From: an uncultured virus (IMG/VR IMGVR_UViG_3300032030_000077)
Lineage: Duplodnaviria > Heunggongvirae > Uroviricota > Caudoviricetes
IMG/VR virus record: IMGVR_UViG_3300032030_000077
Reading direction: 5' to 3' (one strand)
DNA length: 64,000 bases
In this document: one piece after another, positions 8,278 to 18,109 of the stretch
How positions within the stretch are numbered: position 1 is the stretch's first letter
How the letters are laid out: every line of letters starts with the position of its first letter
Made by a program: the position numbers and the translations under genes
Notes under the pieces: generated by a model
The model's input: the letters and a program-made list of their open reading frames with translations, nothing else
What the model was told of the DNA's origin: nothing
The model's database searches: none

Positions 8278-9027
8278 TTATTCCTCCTTCTTTACCTCTT
8301 TTCCTTTTCTCATCCAGCGCTTAAATACATGATAGTAATCTCTTTCGTTACCAAACACCTTCTTACACACAGCCATCGCAAATCCTTTTTCCTTATCGTA
8401 TTCCTCGCCATCCTGAGTTTTTACGACAGTCTTAGTACCGTCCTCCCAGAATATAATAGTAGCCGGATCACGGAAGATCACATCTTTGATCATGTTCGGA
8501 GTAGTGAACACTTTTTCCAGATGCTTGTAAACGGTCTTAGGATCAGTAGTGCTTCTTTTAGGCAGATGGAATGTCTCATCAATTTCAATTTTCTCAGGTT
8601 CTTTATTAATCAATTCAGAAAACCAATCACTAAAAGACTCATAGGCATAAAGTTCCTTCGCTCTGTTATCATGTATTTTAATAACTTCCTGACTGGCATA
8701 TTCCAAGTTAAAATAATCTTTCCATGCGGCAAAGCTATCTGCTATAAGTTTATCAACCATATAGTCCTTCAGGCGCCATGGAATTCTTAAAATATAACTT
8801 GAACTAACAGTGACATAATTCGGTACATACAAAACCCAATTATTACGCAGATAAATATAAAGACTTCTTATTGTATCTATATCGTTTTTCTCGACTAATA
8901 TGTCACCCGGTTTGAATCCGCCACTCCTCTGTTCAAATTTCGAGTGCATATTATTACATGACTTACAGGGTTCATCTTCGTAGTTAGAATTAATATACTT
9001 GCAATATACGCATCTCTTTTCTTCCAT
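8278..9027 (-). CDS. Hypothetical phage protein (N-terminal Cys cluster; C-terminal VIF.DPATI.FW.DGTKTVVK domain)
   Basis: 249-aa ORF; the C-terminal motif is recurrent in tailed phages. Confidence 0.75.
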   Translation of the reverse strand: MEEKRCVYCKYINSNYEDEPCKSCNNMHSKFEQRSGGFKPGDILVEKNDIDTIRSLYIYLRNNWVLYVPNYVTVSSSYILRIPWRLKDYMVDKLIADSFAAWKDYFNLEYASQEVIKIHDNRAKELYAYESFSDWFSELINKEPEKIEIDETFHLPKRSTTDPKTVYKHLEKVFTTPNMIKDVIFRDPATIIFWEDGTKTVVKTQDGEEYDKEKGFAMAVCKKVFGNERDYYHVFKRWMRKGKEVKKEE

Positions 9028-9029
9028 AA

Positions 9030-9635
9030 TTATTTACCTCCTACTTCCTTAGTAAGACCATTAAAAATATCAACCATTGGATAGAATCTCTCAGCCTGCA
9101 TATACTTAGATTCCATATCAGTCTTCCTTGCTACGGGAATATCAATAAGGAACGAATACGAATCGTTAAATACCTCATAAGAAACCTCGTAGTTGCAGTA
9201 GTAAAGAAGATCACTGACAACAGCTTCCTTAATATATTTCTCCATTGATTTTTCGAGGTCAAACAAATCCTTGTCATCCATGGTTTCTATGTTTTTAGCA
9301 ATTTTTCTAGGAACAGATATGCATGAACGTATGTGGTCAATGTTATATGATGCCTCTATGACCATTGGCTTGTCTTTCTGAACTGACTCGCACTGAATCT
9401 TTAACTTCTTGTATTTATCTTCCCAGTAAACTGCATCATCACAGCTTAGGTGCAGTTCTTCCATATATTTCGACACGTCTTTTATAAGCTGATCATTCTC
9501 TTTAAGAATATTCTTATTTGATTCAAACAGCTTTCTGCAGTTTTTCCTCAGATCTAACGAATAGAATATCAACGCTATCAGAATCGCTATTAGTATCAAC
9601 GTTACCGCAACCAGAATACTAAATGTTACTTCCAT
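9030..9635 (-). CDS. Membrane-anchored coiled-coil protein
   Basis: N-terminal transmembrane helix followed by a coiled coil. Confidence 0.75.
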   Translation of the reverse strand: MEVTFSILVAVTLILIAILIALIFYSLDLRKNCRKLFESNKNILKENDQLIKDVSKYMEELHLSCDDAVYWEDKYKKLKIQCESVQKDKPMVIEASYNIDHIRSCISVPRKIAKNIETMDDKDLFDLEKSMEKYIKEAVVSDLLYYCNYEVSYEVFNDSYSFLIDIPVARKTDMESKYMQAERFYPMVDIFNGLTKEVGGK

Positions 9636-9655
9636 AATTATTTACCTCTCTTCTT

Positions 9656-10228
9656 TTATGAAATATCCTTAGGTGAAATACGCCAAGCATTAGGTGAATG
9701 AAGTCTGAATTTACAAGATACATCATTAGCATCTGGATCAAAGAACGGACAATCACCACACAAAGTCCTACTTTCACAGTAATTGGTAATAACACTTGCT
9801 GCAACTGCAACCTGCTGAAACGAAGGCACTTTAGTTGTGTCCTCAGGAATATAAACGCCTGCTGCATTCTTACGAAGATTCAGCTTATCAGGTTCGTCGT
9901 CAATGCCTTTCTTCTCGACTTCCTCCTGAATTCCATATATTGAATTTTCTTTAACGCATTCAATAGCTTTATCTACAAACTCTTCTTTTTTATGTCTCTC
10001 TTCCTCCTTATCCACCAAGTGCTGCAGATACCAAATAGCCTTCTTTACATCCTGAATACCATTCTTCTTTTTCCATCTGAGAATATACTTAATCGCATTA
10101 GCCGTACACACAGCTTCTGTACCTGACAAGTCCTTAGTGAACTCGTCAATAATATCAATCACCTCATACTTACCGGACTTATAATGATCCGGATGACTCA
10201 CCATTTTATCTTCTGTTTCGTAGCTCAT
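9656..10228 (-). CDS. DUF3310-domain protein
   Basis: VSHPDHY..G..EVIDII...NAIKYILRW..KNG.QDV.KA.WYL. Confidence 0.85.
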   Translation of the reverse strand: MSYETEDKMVSHPDHYKSGKYEVIDIIDEFTKDLSGTEAVCTANAIKYILRWKKKNGIQDVKKAIWYLQHLVDKEEERHKKEEFVDKAIECVKENSIYGIQEEVEKKGIDDEPDKLNLRKNAAGVYIPEDTTKVPSFQQVAVAASVITNYCESRTLCGDCPFFDPDANDVSCKFRLHSPNAWRISPKDIS

Positions 10229-10539
10229 TAGTTTTCCTCGCTTTCTGCCTTGTAAAAATCACAATGGTTTCTAACTATTCCTGATTGAAATATACAGTTC
10301 TTAGTTGTGCAAGAATCACATAGGTTTTTATTAGCAACCACCACGTCCTCACTTTCTTTCTTAATCTCAGCCTTTGTCATTTGTTCGGTTAAAAGACGAT
10401 ATAAGATGTCTGCCTGCTCTCCTAATTCCATTTTCAACACAATGGTTTTTTCTCCACATTTCCGAGCAACGCACAATCCTGATCCATCATTAAATCCGCT
10501 GTCAAAGGAAACTGTCAATAAATCTGATGTATATTTCAT
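10228..10539 (-). CDS. Hypothetical protein with C-terminal Cys cluster
   Basis: 103-aa ORF with coupled start/stop. Confidence 0.7.
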   Translation of the reverse strand: MKYTSDLLTVSFDSGFNDGSGLCVARKCGEKTIVLKMELGEQADILYRLLTEQMTKAEIKKESEDVVVANKNLCDSCTTKNCIFQSGIVRNHCDFYKAESEEN

Positions 10540-10694
10540 TCCTCTTCATCCTTTTCTGCAACAATATAATATCTTTCTGTTAAAGTATCTGACTCAATCA
10601 CTAATACAAATCCTGCCTCTTCAAGCGCAGTTGCCACCTTATCGTAATAATCTGCTAATTTTCTTACAGTTAATTTTGCTAACTCCCTATTCAT
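10536..10694 (-). CDS. Small hypothetical protein (52 aa, not in ORF track)
   Basis: MNRELAKLTV...KDEEE; GGAGG RBS; fills the gap and overlaps the next start (ATGA). Confidence 0.6.
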   Translation of the reverse strand: MNRELAKLTVRKLADYYDKVATALEEAGFVLVIESDTLTERYYIVAEKDEEE

Positions 10695-10883
10695 TCACTC
10701 ACCTCCAATTCTTTTATTCCATGCTTCTATAACTTCTTCAAAACCTAACTGTAAGTTATCGCCATAAGAGCATCCACATTCTTCATTATCACATTCAACG
10801 GAATAAAACTCATATCCATTAACGCCCCAAACGCTTGCCGTGCTACCACAGAAAGGGCAAGGCTTTAATTTAATATCATTCAT
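10695..10883 (-). CDS. Lar-family restriction alleviation-like zinc-finger protein
   Basis: LKPCPFCG...VEC....CG...AWNKR. Confidence 0.8.
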   Translation of the reverse strand: MNDIKLKPCPFCGSTASVWGVNGYEFYSVECDNEECGCSYGDNLQLGFEEVIEAWNKRIGGE

Positions 10884-11100
10884 CAGCACTCACCTCCACT
10901 TCTACTCTATCCATATCGATCCTGTGCTTGCATACCGGACATGTGACAAAACGAGTATATCTTGCTCCAAGAGAAAATATAGGATACTCCTTCTCCAACT
11001 CTATGTCCTGATAGTTGTAAGAAAATACAGACTTACACTCATCACAAGTCATCTCTATAGGATCTACCATTGTGTTCTTAATTATCGTCTTCATCGTCAA
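10876..11100 (-). CDS. Zinc-ribbon protein
   Basis: CDEC...CPVC. Confidence 0.7.
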   Translation of the reverse strand: MTMKTIIKNTMVDPIEMTCDECKSVFSYNYQDIELEKEYPIFSLGARYTRFVTCPVCKHRIDMDRVEVEVSADE

Positions 11101-11329
11101 TACCCCTTTCTGTATGTGAAATATACTTTTCCATAATCATATCCCATTCCTCAGGATGCTCGGCTCTATAAGTCGTCAAAGCCCTAGAAAGCAATTCCTT
11201 AGGAATGATCTGCTGAATTACTTCCTCGCAATAAGGATGGATCATTTCAAATATAAATTTCTCGTAGTCCTCGGTTACTTTATGCCTAAATGTCTCTATA
11301 TGATTGAACACTTCGTCAAAGCTCGCCAT
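11078..11329 (-). CDS. Hypothetical protein
   Basis: 83-aa ORF overlapping its neighbours in the operon. Confidence 0.65.
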   Translation of the reverse strand: MASFDEVFNHIETFRHKVTEDYEKFIFEMIHPYCEEVIQQIIPKELLSRALTTYRAEHPEEWDMIMEKYISHTERGIDDEDDN

Positions 11330-11600
11330 TCATTTCCCCTTTCTCCTCCTCATCCAATTCATAAAATACCTTCATCATTTCAGCTCCGTCTTCATGACCC
11401 TGTATATAAAAGTCTTTAACTGTATCAAACTGATTATTTGTTATCACAAGCTCTATCTCTGATTGCCCGTTATCCAAAACCTTCCAGATAGACTTACAAT
11501 CTGAGCAAATATAATACACATGATTACCGTACTGTCGCTTATGCATCATCGCTTTGCATTCTGGACAAATCGGTACGTTCTGACTTATTGTGGTCAGCAT
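11316..11600 (-). CDS. Zinc-ribbon protein
   Basis: CPEC...CSDC; AGGAGG RBS. Confidence 0.7.
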   Translation of the reverse strand: MLTTISQNVPICPECKAMMHKRQYGNHVYYICSDCKSIWKVLDNGQSEIELVITNNQFDTVKDFYIQGHEDGAEMMKVFYELDEEEKGEMNGEL

Positions 11601-11811
11601 TTTTTACCTCCTTTATAAATTCTTTTATGAACTCCTCAAATGCTATTTCATTATCTATCGCTTCAGGAGGAACTTTCTTGCAACGTCTTAAGTTTTTCTC
11701 ATGATATAAATAGACTCCACTACTATCAATAAGTATATAAATGCCGTAAGCCGTAGCCAGACCTTTTAACGTACGCATAAGTCGTTCAAATCCTGTCATG
11801 TTCATTTCCAC
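11539..11811 (-). CDS. Hypothetical protein
   Basis: 90-aa ORF. Confidence 0.6.
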   Translation of the reverse strand: MEMNMTGFERLMRTLKGLATAYGIYILIDSSGVYLYHEKNLRRCKKVPPEAIDNEIAFEEFIKEFIKEVKNADHNKSERTDLSRMQSDDA

Positions 11812-12173
11812 ACGTACCCCTTTCCTTCAACACATTCGATAATATTTTTAGTAGTAGTGTTTGAAGTATGTTTCACATTCTCAACCTTCTTTCGATAATG
11901 TTCTCTCAGCATTTCAACAGCCTCAAGAATATCATTTTCATTCTTCACCAAGACCTTGCCATTACTAGATACGGTCATATATTGATCAGGTATACCAGTC
12001 ATCCAAGTAGGGTGATTATCTGGGAAAAATGTTCCGTTCTTAATACCATGTCTCACACGGATCTCATTCTTATATCGGTATACCAGGTAGCATTCAACTC
12101 CATGTCTTTTACATTCGTCCTTCCAACTTGTTCTCTTACATCCTTTAGCATTTCTATGTCCTGGATAAATCAT
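11802..12173 (-). CDS. Hypothetical protein
   Basis: 123-aa ORF. Confidence 0.65.
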   Translation of the reverse strand: MIYPGHRNAKGCKRTSWKDECKRHGVECYLVYRYKNEIRVRHGIKNGTFFPDNHPTWMTGIPDQYMTVSSNGKVLVKNENDILEAVEMLREHYRKKVENVKHTSNTTTKNIIECVEGKGYVWK

Positions 12174-12252
12174 ATGCGCCCCTTTCCTTCAAAAAGAATA
12201 AGAGAGCCTGATAAATATCAAGCCCTCTTGATTCATTACAAATCGTCTTTAC

Positions 12253-12489
12253 TTATGGTTCTTCACCGCTCTGTACATAATCAATGATCAGTTCATTAAA
12301 TGCGTGTGCAAACATTCTCGTATAGTCTGAAGAAGATTTATTAGTGTTTAATAATTCATTACCGCTTTTTCTATGTATTTCTTCCAAAGTCGATAACGAA
12401 TTATAACCATGCATAATCTCTTCAAGCTGTTTATAAAGCTTTGCACATTTAAAAATATCATCGTCTAGTACAATATTGTTATTCACCAT
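12253..12489 (-). CDS. Hypothetical protein in a self-contained promoter-gene-terminator cassette
   Basis: AAAGGAG RBS; promoter motif at 12519-12544; terminator hairpin at about 12191-12229. Confidence 0.75.
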   Translation of the reverse strand: MVNNNIVLDDDIFKCAKLYKQLEEIMHGYNSLSTLEEIHRKSGNELLNTNKSSSDYTRMFAHAFNELIIDYVQSGEEP

Positions 12490-12518
12490 TTTAGTACTCT
12501 CCTTTCCGACAATTCTGT

Positions 12519-12544
12519 CATAATAGGAGAATATATAATTACGA
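12519..12544 (-). promoter_or_regulatory. 26-nt phage promoter motif
   Basis: TCGTAATTATATATTCTCCTATTATG. Confidence 0.7.
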
Positions 12545-12778
12545 ATTCAGCTTCCTGTTAAATCCATACAGGATCTTTGACATCTCTTCATATGATCCTT
12601 TGATCAACCCGCTAGGTGTATCGTCAAGAAACGTCACGACGCAGGTGTTTGGATGTTCTGTATTTTCAGCCAGAAGCTTAATGTTATTGGTATTGATTAT
12701 CGCTCTTAATTCCTTGTCAGCCTCGGCATTGCTCTTACCAAATGTGACAAATGTTACTCCCATGAACATAAATATCAT
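12539..12778 (-). CDS. Hypothetical protein
   Basis: About 76-79 aa with AAAGGAG RBS. Confidence 0.65.
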   Translation of the reverse strand: MIFMFMGVTFVTFGKSNAEADKELRAIINTNNIKLLAENTEHPNTCVVTFLDDTPSGLIKGSYEEMSKILYGFNRKLNS

Positions 12779-12960
12779 TTCTCCTTTCGATACTGTTCAA
12801 TGAACTCAACAAAGCAATCAGGACACATGCAAAACAGATCTTTAAATGACTCTTCGTCTTCCTGCTTGAGATAGCATTTGCTTACTTTTTTGTGGCACTG
12901 GCAGCATTCTATCTCATGCCTAGACAATGGAACTTTACGGTCTTCCTTCAATTTGAACAT
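12775..12960 (-). CDS. Small zinc-finger protein
   Basis: CCQC...CPDC. Confidence 0.65.
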   Translation of the reverse strand: MFKLKEDRKVPLSRHEIECCQCHKKVSKCYLKQEDEESFKDLFCMCPDCFVEFIEQYRKEK

Positions 12961-12973
12961 GTTATTAACCCTC

Positions 12974-13441
12974 TCATTTAGTACTAAACCAGTGTCCTAA
13001 GTATTGAAACAACGGAACTGGACCATTGTAACCATCTGCACAAAAATATAATGCTCCTTGAGATTCATCCCAACCGTATTGAATCCAGTGCATTGCAACT
13101 TCACACTCTTTACTGAAGTTATTCGTAGGCATTCCTGCTGTTGCAAATTGACCCGTGGCAAATATCACAGAGTGTATATCGTCACCGTAGCCGTCATACC
13201 CAACACGATTAAGAACAACTCTCATAACTAAGGCCATTCCTTTGACACCTTGATTTCCTGCTTCACTAGTAGCTATGCCCATGAGATCTGTTCTCTCTTG
13301 AGCAGTAAAATATAAAGGAGTGACTGCTCCGTGAACAATCACTCCTTCTTCTACGAACTCTACATAATTTGGGTTTTTACTTCTAAATCCGCAGAGAAAT
13401 ATAAATGCCAAGGTCAAGACCAAGGTCATTTTTATTCTCAT
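12974..13441 (-). CDS. SleB/CwlJ-like cell wall hydrolase (Hydrolase_2) with signal peptide
   Basis: SEAGNQ..KG..LV..VVLNRV...I.SVIF..GQF...GALYF...GHWF. Confidence 0.85.
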   Translation of the reverse strand: MRIKMTLVLTLAFIFLCGFRSKNPNYVEFVEEGVIVHGAVTPLYFTAQERTDLMGIATSEAGNQGVKGMALVMRVVLNRVGYDGYGDDIHSVIFATGQFATAGMPTNNFSKECEVAMHWIQYGWDESQGALYFCADGYNGPVPLFQYLGHWFSTK

Positions 13442-13452
13442 TTGTGGTTTCC

Positions 13453-14010
13453 TTACTCTTCGGGGAGGTCTTCGAATTCCATTGAGATACGAGACTGGTT
13501 AATCCAGAAATAAGCTTCGTTACACCAGGTCTTAGCTCTCTCCTCACCGGTGTTACGATCGATTGAGGTGCTATTCGTGATGCAGAGATTTGCTTTGAGA
13601 ATATCAACCTCATCGAGCTGGTGGACTGAGTTTTCATCGAGAAGAATGGGCTTCCTGCCGGGCTTAACGAGGTACATCTGAGGAACGTATCTCGGATTAT
13701 CCGACTTATCATCAGGGTATCTGACTTCTACAGGGAGTCTGTATGTAGGGCGGTCTCCCTCTTCACGTCCAGGTCTTACAGACACACGATAGCCCATATT
13801 TGCCAGGGTCTGACCGAAATCAGGATCGGTGATAGGCTCGTCATCGAAATATACTTCGCTGTTCTCAGGATCGATGATAGCTGCGAATCCACGCTTACCC
13901 TCTGCATTAACGACCTGCATACGGCCATTAACATTAGCAGTTCTCTCAGCACCTGCAAAGTTCTTCCAATCAATCTGTCCGCCAATAATTTCAAGCTTAT
14001 GTCTCTTCAT
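13453..14010 (-). CDS. Putative single-stranded DNA-binding protein
   Basis: Next to the polymerase; WKNFAG..NAEGKRGF motif; acidic tail. Confidence 0.6.
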   Translation of the reverse strand: MKRHKLEIIGGQIDWKNFAGAERTANVNGRMQVVNAEGKRGFAAIIDPENSEVYFDDEPITDPDFGQTLANMGYRVSVRPGREEGDRPTYRLPVEVRYPDDKSDNPRYVPQMYLVKPGRKPILLDENSVHQLDEVDILKANLCITNSTSIDRNTGEERAKTWCNEAYFWINQSRISMEFEDLPEE

Positions 14011-14031
14011 TTTAAATTCTCCTTAAATATA

Positions 14032-17000
14032 TTATTTAAATGGTAACTCCAGAGGAACTGTGTCTACTGGAGGATTCATAAAAGGTACCTCCTCGGAAGA
14101 AGGCACCTCATACTCATAAGGTTTCGACAAGTCTACGAAGTCATCGTAGTTGCCGAATGCAACAATACTGCCCATAGCATCATGAGCCATTTTCTCATAG
14201 TAAGAAATATCAATGTCATCTTCCTTACCAAGATTTTCAACCATGCTTGATTCAAGCCATCTGTAACCCTTTGTTCCGGCTGCTGCATAGCTCTTACCAC
14301 CGTCAACTCTGTAAAGAATTCCGCCGTGTTTCATAGGACAGAACTGACCAACACGACCAACGAATCTCATCTCATTACCGTCTTCCATATCCAAATATAA
14401 AGCGCCCTTGGATACAGATTTGGTTTCACAGAGATCGTCAAATTCGATGTCTTCGTGAGTAAACAGCGTCTTGAACACATACGGCTGCTGGAACTCGGCA
14501 CCTGTAGCTTTCCAGCCTTCCTCGGTGTGACCAATGAATACAGCATCATTCACAAGACATATACGATCCCATTCGTCCTCAACTTCAAATGTGTAACCAT
14601 AACATTCTCCGAATCTCATAACGAAATTCTCAATGAACTCATCAGGATGATGGATCTTAATTGAGTCTGTCTTAATGTGAATGACTTTATACCCAAGTGA
14701 TTCAACAGCAAGCTGCAGATCGATCATGAACAAAGCACCACGTTTTGCAACAATGTTGTCAATGTTGCGAGGATCACGGAATGCGTTAATGAACTTAGCT
14801 GCAGTTAAACCATATACTGAGTTGATTGCTATCTTCAGTGCCTGTGCAAGTGTCTTAGCCTGATCAGGATCTGTCAGATACTTGGCAAGTCTTCCGCCAA
14901 ATCTCTTTCCAGCCCTTTCAAAGTCTTTGTGCTTAATATCAACACGTGCTTCAACAAGCTCTTTGAAGTTCTCAGTATACTCGTCACCAAACAGGATTTC
15001 CGCAAGAATACTGTGCGGATGCTGTGATGCCACATCAAACGTCTTTGCTCTACCATACGTACCAGGATTAGCATAGACACGACCGCCTTCACCTACCTCG
15101 TAACCACGATAAGTACTTACACCGTCTTTAAACTCATAGCCATCGAACCATACTTGTCCTTTAGGCTTAACATCAGTTTCGCCTTTTGCATAAGGCATAA
15201 CGTCTTTCCAAGTAAAGCTTGGTCCTTTAGGTTTTTCGCCAAGAAAACGGTAGTTAAAGTGGTCCTGAGGCTTACGATTTGCGCCAAATATCAATCGGGT
15301 TGTAAGCGTATTGGTCGTATCGTTTACTGTACCACCAGCAAGATCTGCCAGGATTTCTCTTGCAAGGAAATCACCTTGAGTGAAGTCGAATACAGCTTCG
15401 GTGACTATAACGTCATTATCACAGTATTCAGCAACCTGTTCCCACATATTTTCAGGAACAGGCTTATCCCAAGGAATACTCATTTCCATATGCTTAATGT
15501 CTACATCTATCCATTTCTCAAGGAAGAAAACACTTGCTTTAACTTTCTTGGAAATATCTTCCATGGACATTCCGCTAGCTCTGAGCTTTCTGGCTTTTTT
15601 GATAATAAGAAAGAGCTCAATTTCCCACTTCTTAAGTGACTGTTTCTTAGCGCAATAATCGTAAATATCAGTGTGGCTTACGTTATATGCCTCACTAAAG
15701 AAAGCATCCTTATCGCCCTTTGCTATTATCTTCTGTGACAGGTTGAACAGCTGCTCGTTAGAATATCCCATCATGCGAGCAAACAGCATGTGGTTATCGT
15801 AGCGTCGACAGTTGAAACCTACCAGCAGGTATTTCATTATGTCTTCGACTTCTTTTGGCGTAGGATTGATCATTCGATTAACTACCAATCCGCTGCCATG
15901 CTCTTTCCAATTTATTAAGAACAAATTGGGATAAACCTCGACGTCAAAGAATTTCAACGTAGGATCAGGAGGATTGACTTGAGGATATAATTCTTTTTCG
16001 TCGTCCAGAATCTCCTTAGATTTAAACCTCATTTGACCGACAAGCTTCACACATTCTGATGCGTGATGCGTACTACCTGCAGCAAATGCTACTACATCTG
16101 TATGCATGTCACTTACATCGTACTTAACATTGGATTCATAAGCGTCGTCCAATATCTTTTTGATAAAGTCAATACTCGGTTTGGTTCCTGCGTGATACTC
16201 TTTGTTGAGGTTTCGTTTAATGAGAGTTCTTATAGACTTCTCATTTGCCAAACCTTCAAAATTTGTCACGTCTTTGTCTCCTTTCAATGGCAGAATTCCA
16301 GTAGGAATCTCAGCTATTGGCAGGTTGTTACAATACGTGAGTCTTCGTCTTAAACTGCTATTACCTGTAGATACTTTTACTTCTATGTTTGGAGCAAAGA
16401 CAGCACTCAACTTACTAGTGTCGCCTTTGTAGAAGTACTCCAGATGAATGCCGGCTCCAGACTTCGAGAATTCTGCATATGTCGGTGGCCATTTAGACGC
16501 TTCTTCTGCATTCCTCTCAGGGTCTTTATTGCCATTTTCATCTTTAAAGTCAAAGTCTATAGTAACAATTTTGTCCGGAACTTTGACGTAGTGCTCACGG
16601 GTTGTATCCAGATCCGACAATTTAGTCGTGCAGTTAACCCACTTTCGACTAGGTATACCATCTGCCGTGGAATACTGTGCCGGATAGTCTTTACAGTAAA
16701 TATCAAACAAAGATTCTGTCGAAGTAAGATCTAACCATTCTCCAGATTTGGAAAGCTTCTTTAATTCTTTTTTCTCAGTTTCTCCTCCCAGGCTAAACTT
16801 GAATCCAGAATATAAATTGTACACGCTCATTTCATCAATTCGTGCGCGCTCTTCATACTTGTCAAAATAGTTCTTCAACTCCTCTTTAAATGCTCTTTTA
16901 CTGTAAGGAAAACCCACTCTAGCGTCTTCACAATACACTTTGTACATTTCCCAAGCTGCTTTTAAAGTCGTACTGTCTTCAGCCTTAAACACGTCATAGC

Positions 17001-18099
17001 TATCTTCAATGAAGTTATAGAAATCATTTGAAGCTCCGATCATGTTTACAGGAATATAACTCTGATAATAATGCGGATCTTCTTCATAAATTTCTCTGCA
17101 ATGCCATGCTATACCAGGAAGTTCAAAATTAATTATCGCGTCCATGGCTTTGTTATACTGTGTAGTAGGGACTTTATTACCAGTTGGAGATACATCAATT
17201 AAACGTCTTATAAGTCCTGACTTTGCATCTGTAATCTTTACAGGTTTGTTTGTACCCATGAACAAGAAGCAATGAAACGCATTTGTGTAGATCGACTTGT
17301 TCTTTGTATCAACGGGCATCGCTTCATGAGATACAAGCTGGTTAAGTCTGGTGTTATCCTCGATCTTACTCAGGTCACCGTCAAACTGTATTGCTACCAG
17401 AGGATTGTCCTTCAAAGGTTCAAGAGCAAACCTCGAATTAGAAGAACCTAATGCCTTTGCCTCAAATGTGCAGCAATAGCCTTTAAACAGTTCGCTGATA
17501 ATATCAAGTACAGTTCCTTTACCTGTACCAGCTGATCCATAAAGAACTTCAAACTTCTGTATCTTCTTACTGTCTCCATTAATAATCGAGCCAATTGCCC
17601 ACTCGATCTTACGCAGTTCGTCTGGAGAATATAAAACAGACATCAACTCGTGATAGTACGGAGTCTCCATCTGTTCCAAAGGATACGGCAACTTTTTACT
17701 CGCATAATCAGAACGCTTTGTTTCGTCATTTGAAAATATCAATTTACTGTCAAGTGTATGCCAGTTATCAGGACACTGACCTTTAACGAACTTATTCCAC
17801 TTGTCTATGGAACCAGTAGACGAATACTTCAAATAACATACCTTAACCAAGCAATCACCATCTTCGTTCTTGTGCTCTTCGGCGTACTTAGCCAATTCGT
17901 TGTCAATTAACGCGATAGCTCTAAAGGGATCTGTCGACCAAAGATTAGTTTCTTCGTCCCATATTGCAAAGAAGTCTCCGCCTTTAATCATCAGATCTTT
18001 TACGGGCTTATTGCTCGGTAATAGTACTTGAAAGTCCGGATAAATCTCGACTTCATTTCTTTTAGGATACTTTTTACATATCCTTAAAAAATCAAGCAT
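14032..18099 (-). CDS. Fused SF3 (D5-like) helicase / primase / family B DNA polymerase
   Basis: Walker A GSAGTGKGT and MGTN; prim-pol-like IDFD..SKSGAGIH; exonuclease FFDVE, FNCRRYD and YCDND; polymerase FDVASQHP, KIAINSVYG and KTDS. Confidence 0.85.
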   Translation of the reverse strand: MLDFLRICKKYPKRNEVEIYPDFQVLLPSNKPVKDLMIKGGDFFAIWDEETNLWSTDPFRAIALIDNELAKYAEEHKNEDGDCLVKVCYLKYSSTGSIDKWNKFVKGQCPDNWHTLDSKLIFSNDETKRSDYASKKLPYPLEQMETPYYHELMSVLYSPDELRKIEWAIGSIINGDSKKIQKFEVLYGSAGTGKGTVLDIISELFKGYCCTFEAKALGSSNSRFALEPLKDNPLVAIQFDGDLSKIEDNTRLNQLVSHEAMPVDTKNKSIYTNAFHCFLFMGTNKPVKITDAKSGLIRRLIDVSPTGNKVPTTQYNKAMDAIINFELPGIAWHCREIYEEDPHYYQSYIPVNMIGASNDFYNFIEDSYDVFKAEDSTTLKAAWEMYKVYCEDARVGFPYSKRAFKEELKNYFDKYEERARIDEMSVYNLYSGFKFSLGGETEKKELKKLSKSGEWLDLTSTESLFDIYCKDYPAQYSTADGIPSRKWVNCTTKLSDLDTTREHYVKVPDKIVTIDFDFKDENGNKDPERNAEEASKWPPTYAEFSKSGAGIHLEYFYKGDTSKLSAVFAPNIEVKVSTGNSSLRRRLTYCNNLPIAEIPTGILPLKGDKDVTNFEGLANEKSIRTLIKRNLNKEYHAGTKPSIDFIKKILDDAYESNVKYDVSDMHTDVVAFAAGSTHHASECVKLVGQMRFKSKEILDDEKELYPQVNPPDPTLKFFDVEVYPNLFLINWKEHGSGLVVNRMINPTPKEVEDIMKYLLVGFNCRRYDNHMLFARMMGYSNEQLFNLSQKIIAKGDKDAFFSEAYNVSHTDIYDYCAKKQSLKKWEIELFLIIKKARKLRASGMSMEDISKKVKASVFFLEKWIDVDIKHMEMSIPWDKPVPENMWEQVAEYCDNDVIVTEAVFDFTQGDFLAREILADLAGGTVNDTTNTLTTRLIFGANRKPQDHFNYRFLGEKPKGPSFTWKDVMPYAKGETDVKPKGQVWFDGYEFKDGVSTYRGYEVGEGGRVYANPGTYGRAKTFDVASQHPHSILAEILFGDEYTENFKELVEARVDIKHKDFERAGKRFGGRLAKYLTDPDQAKTLAQALKIAINSVYGLTAAKFINAFRDPRNIDNIVAKRGALFMIDLQLAVESLGYKVIHIKTDSIKIHHPDEFIENFVMRFGECYGYTFEVEDEWDRICLVNDAVFIGHTEEGWKATGAEFQQPYVFKTLFTHEDIEFDDLCETKSVSKGALYLDMEDGNEMRFVGRVGQFCPMKHGGILYRVDGGKSYAAAGTKGYRWLESSMVENLGKEDDIDISYYEKMAHDAMGSIVAFGNYDDFVDLSKPYEYEVPSSEEVPFMNPPVDTVPLELPFK

Positions 18100-18109
18100 A
18101 AACCCTCCC

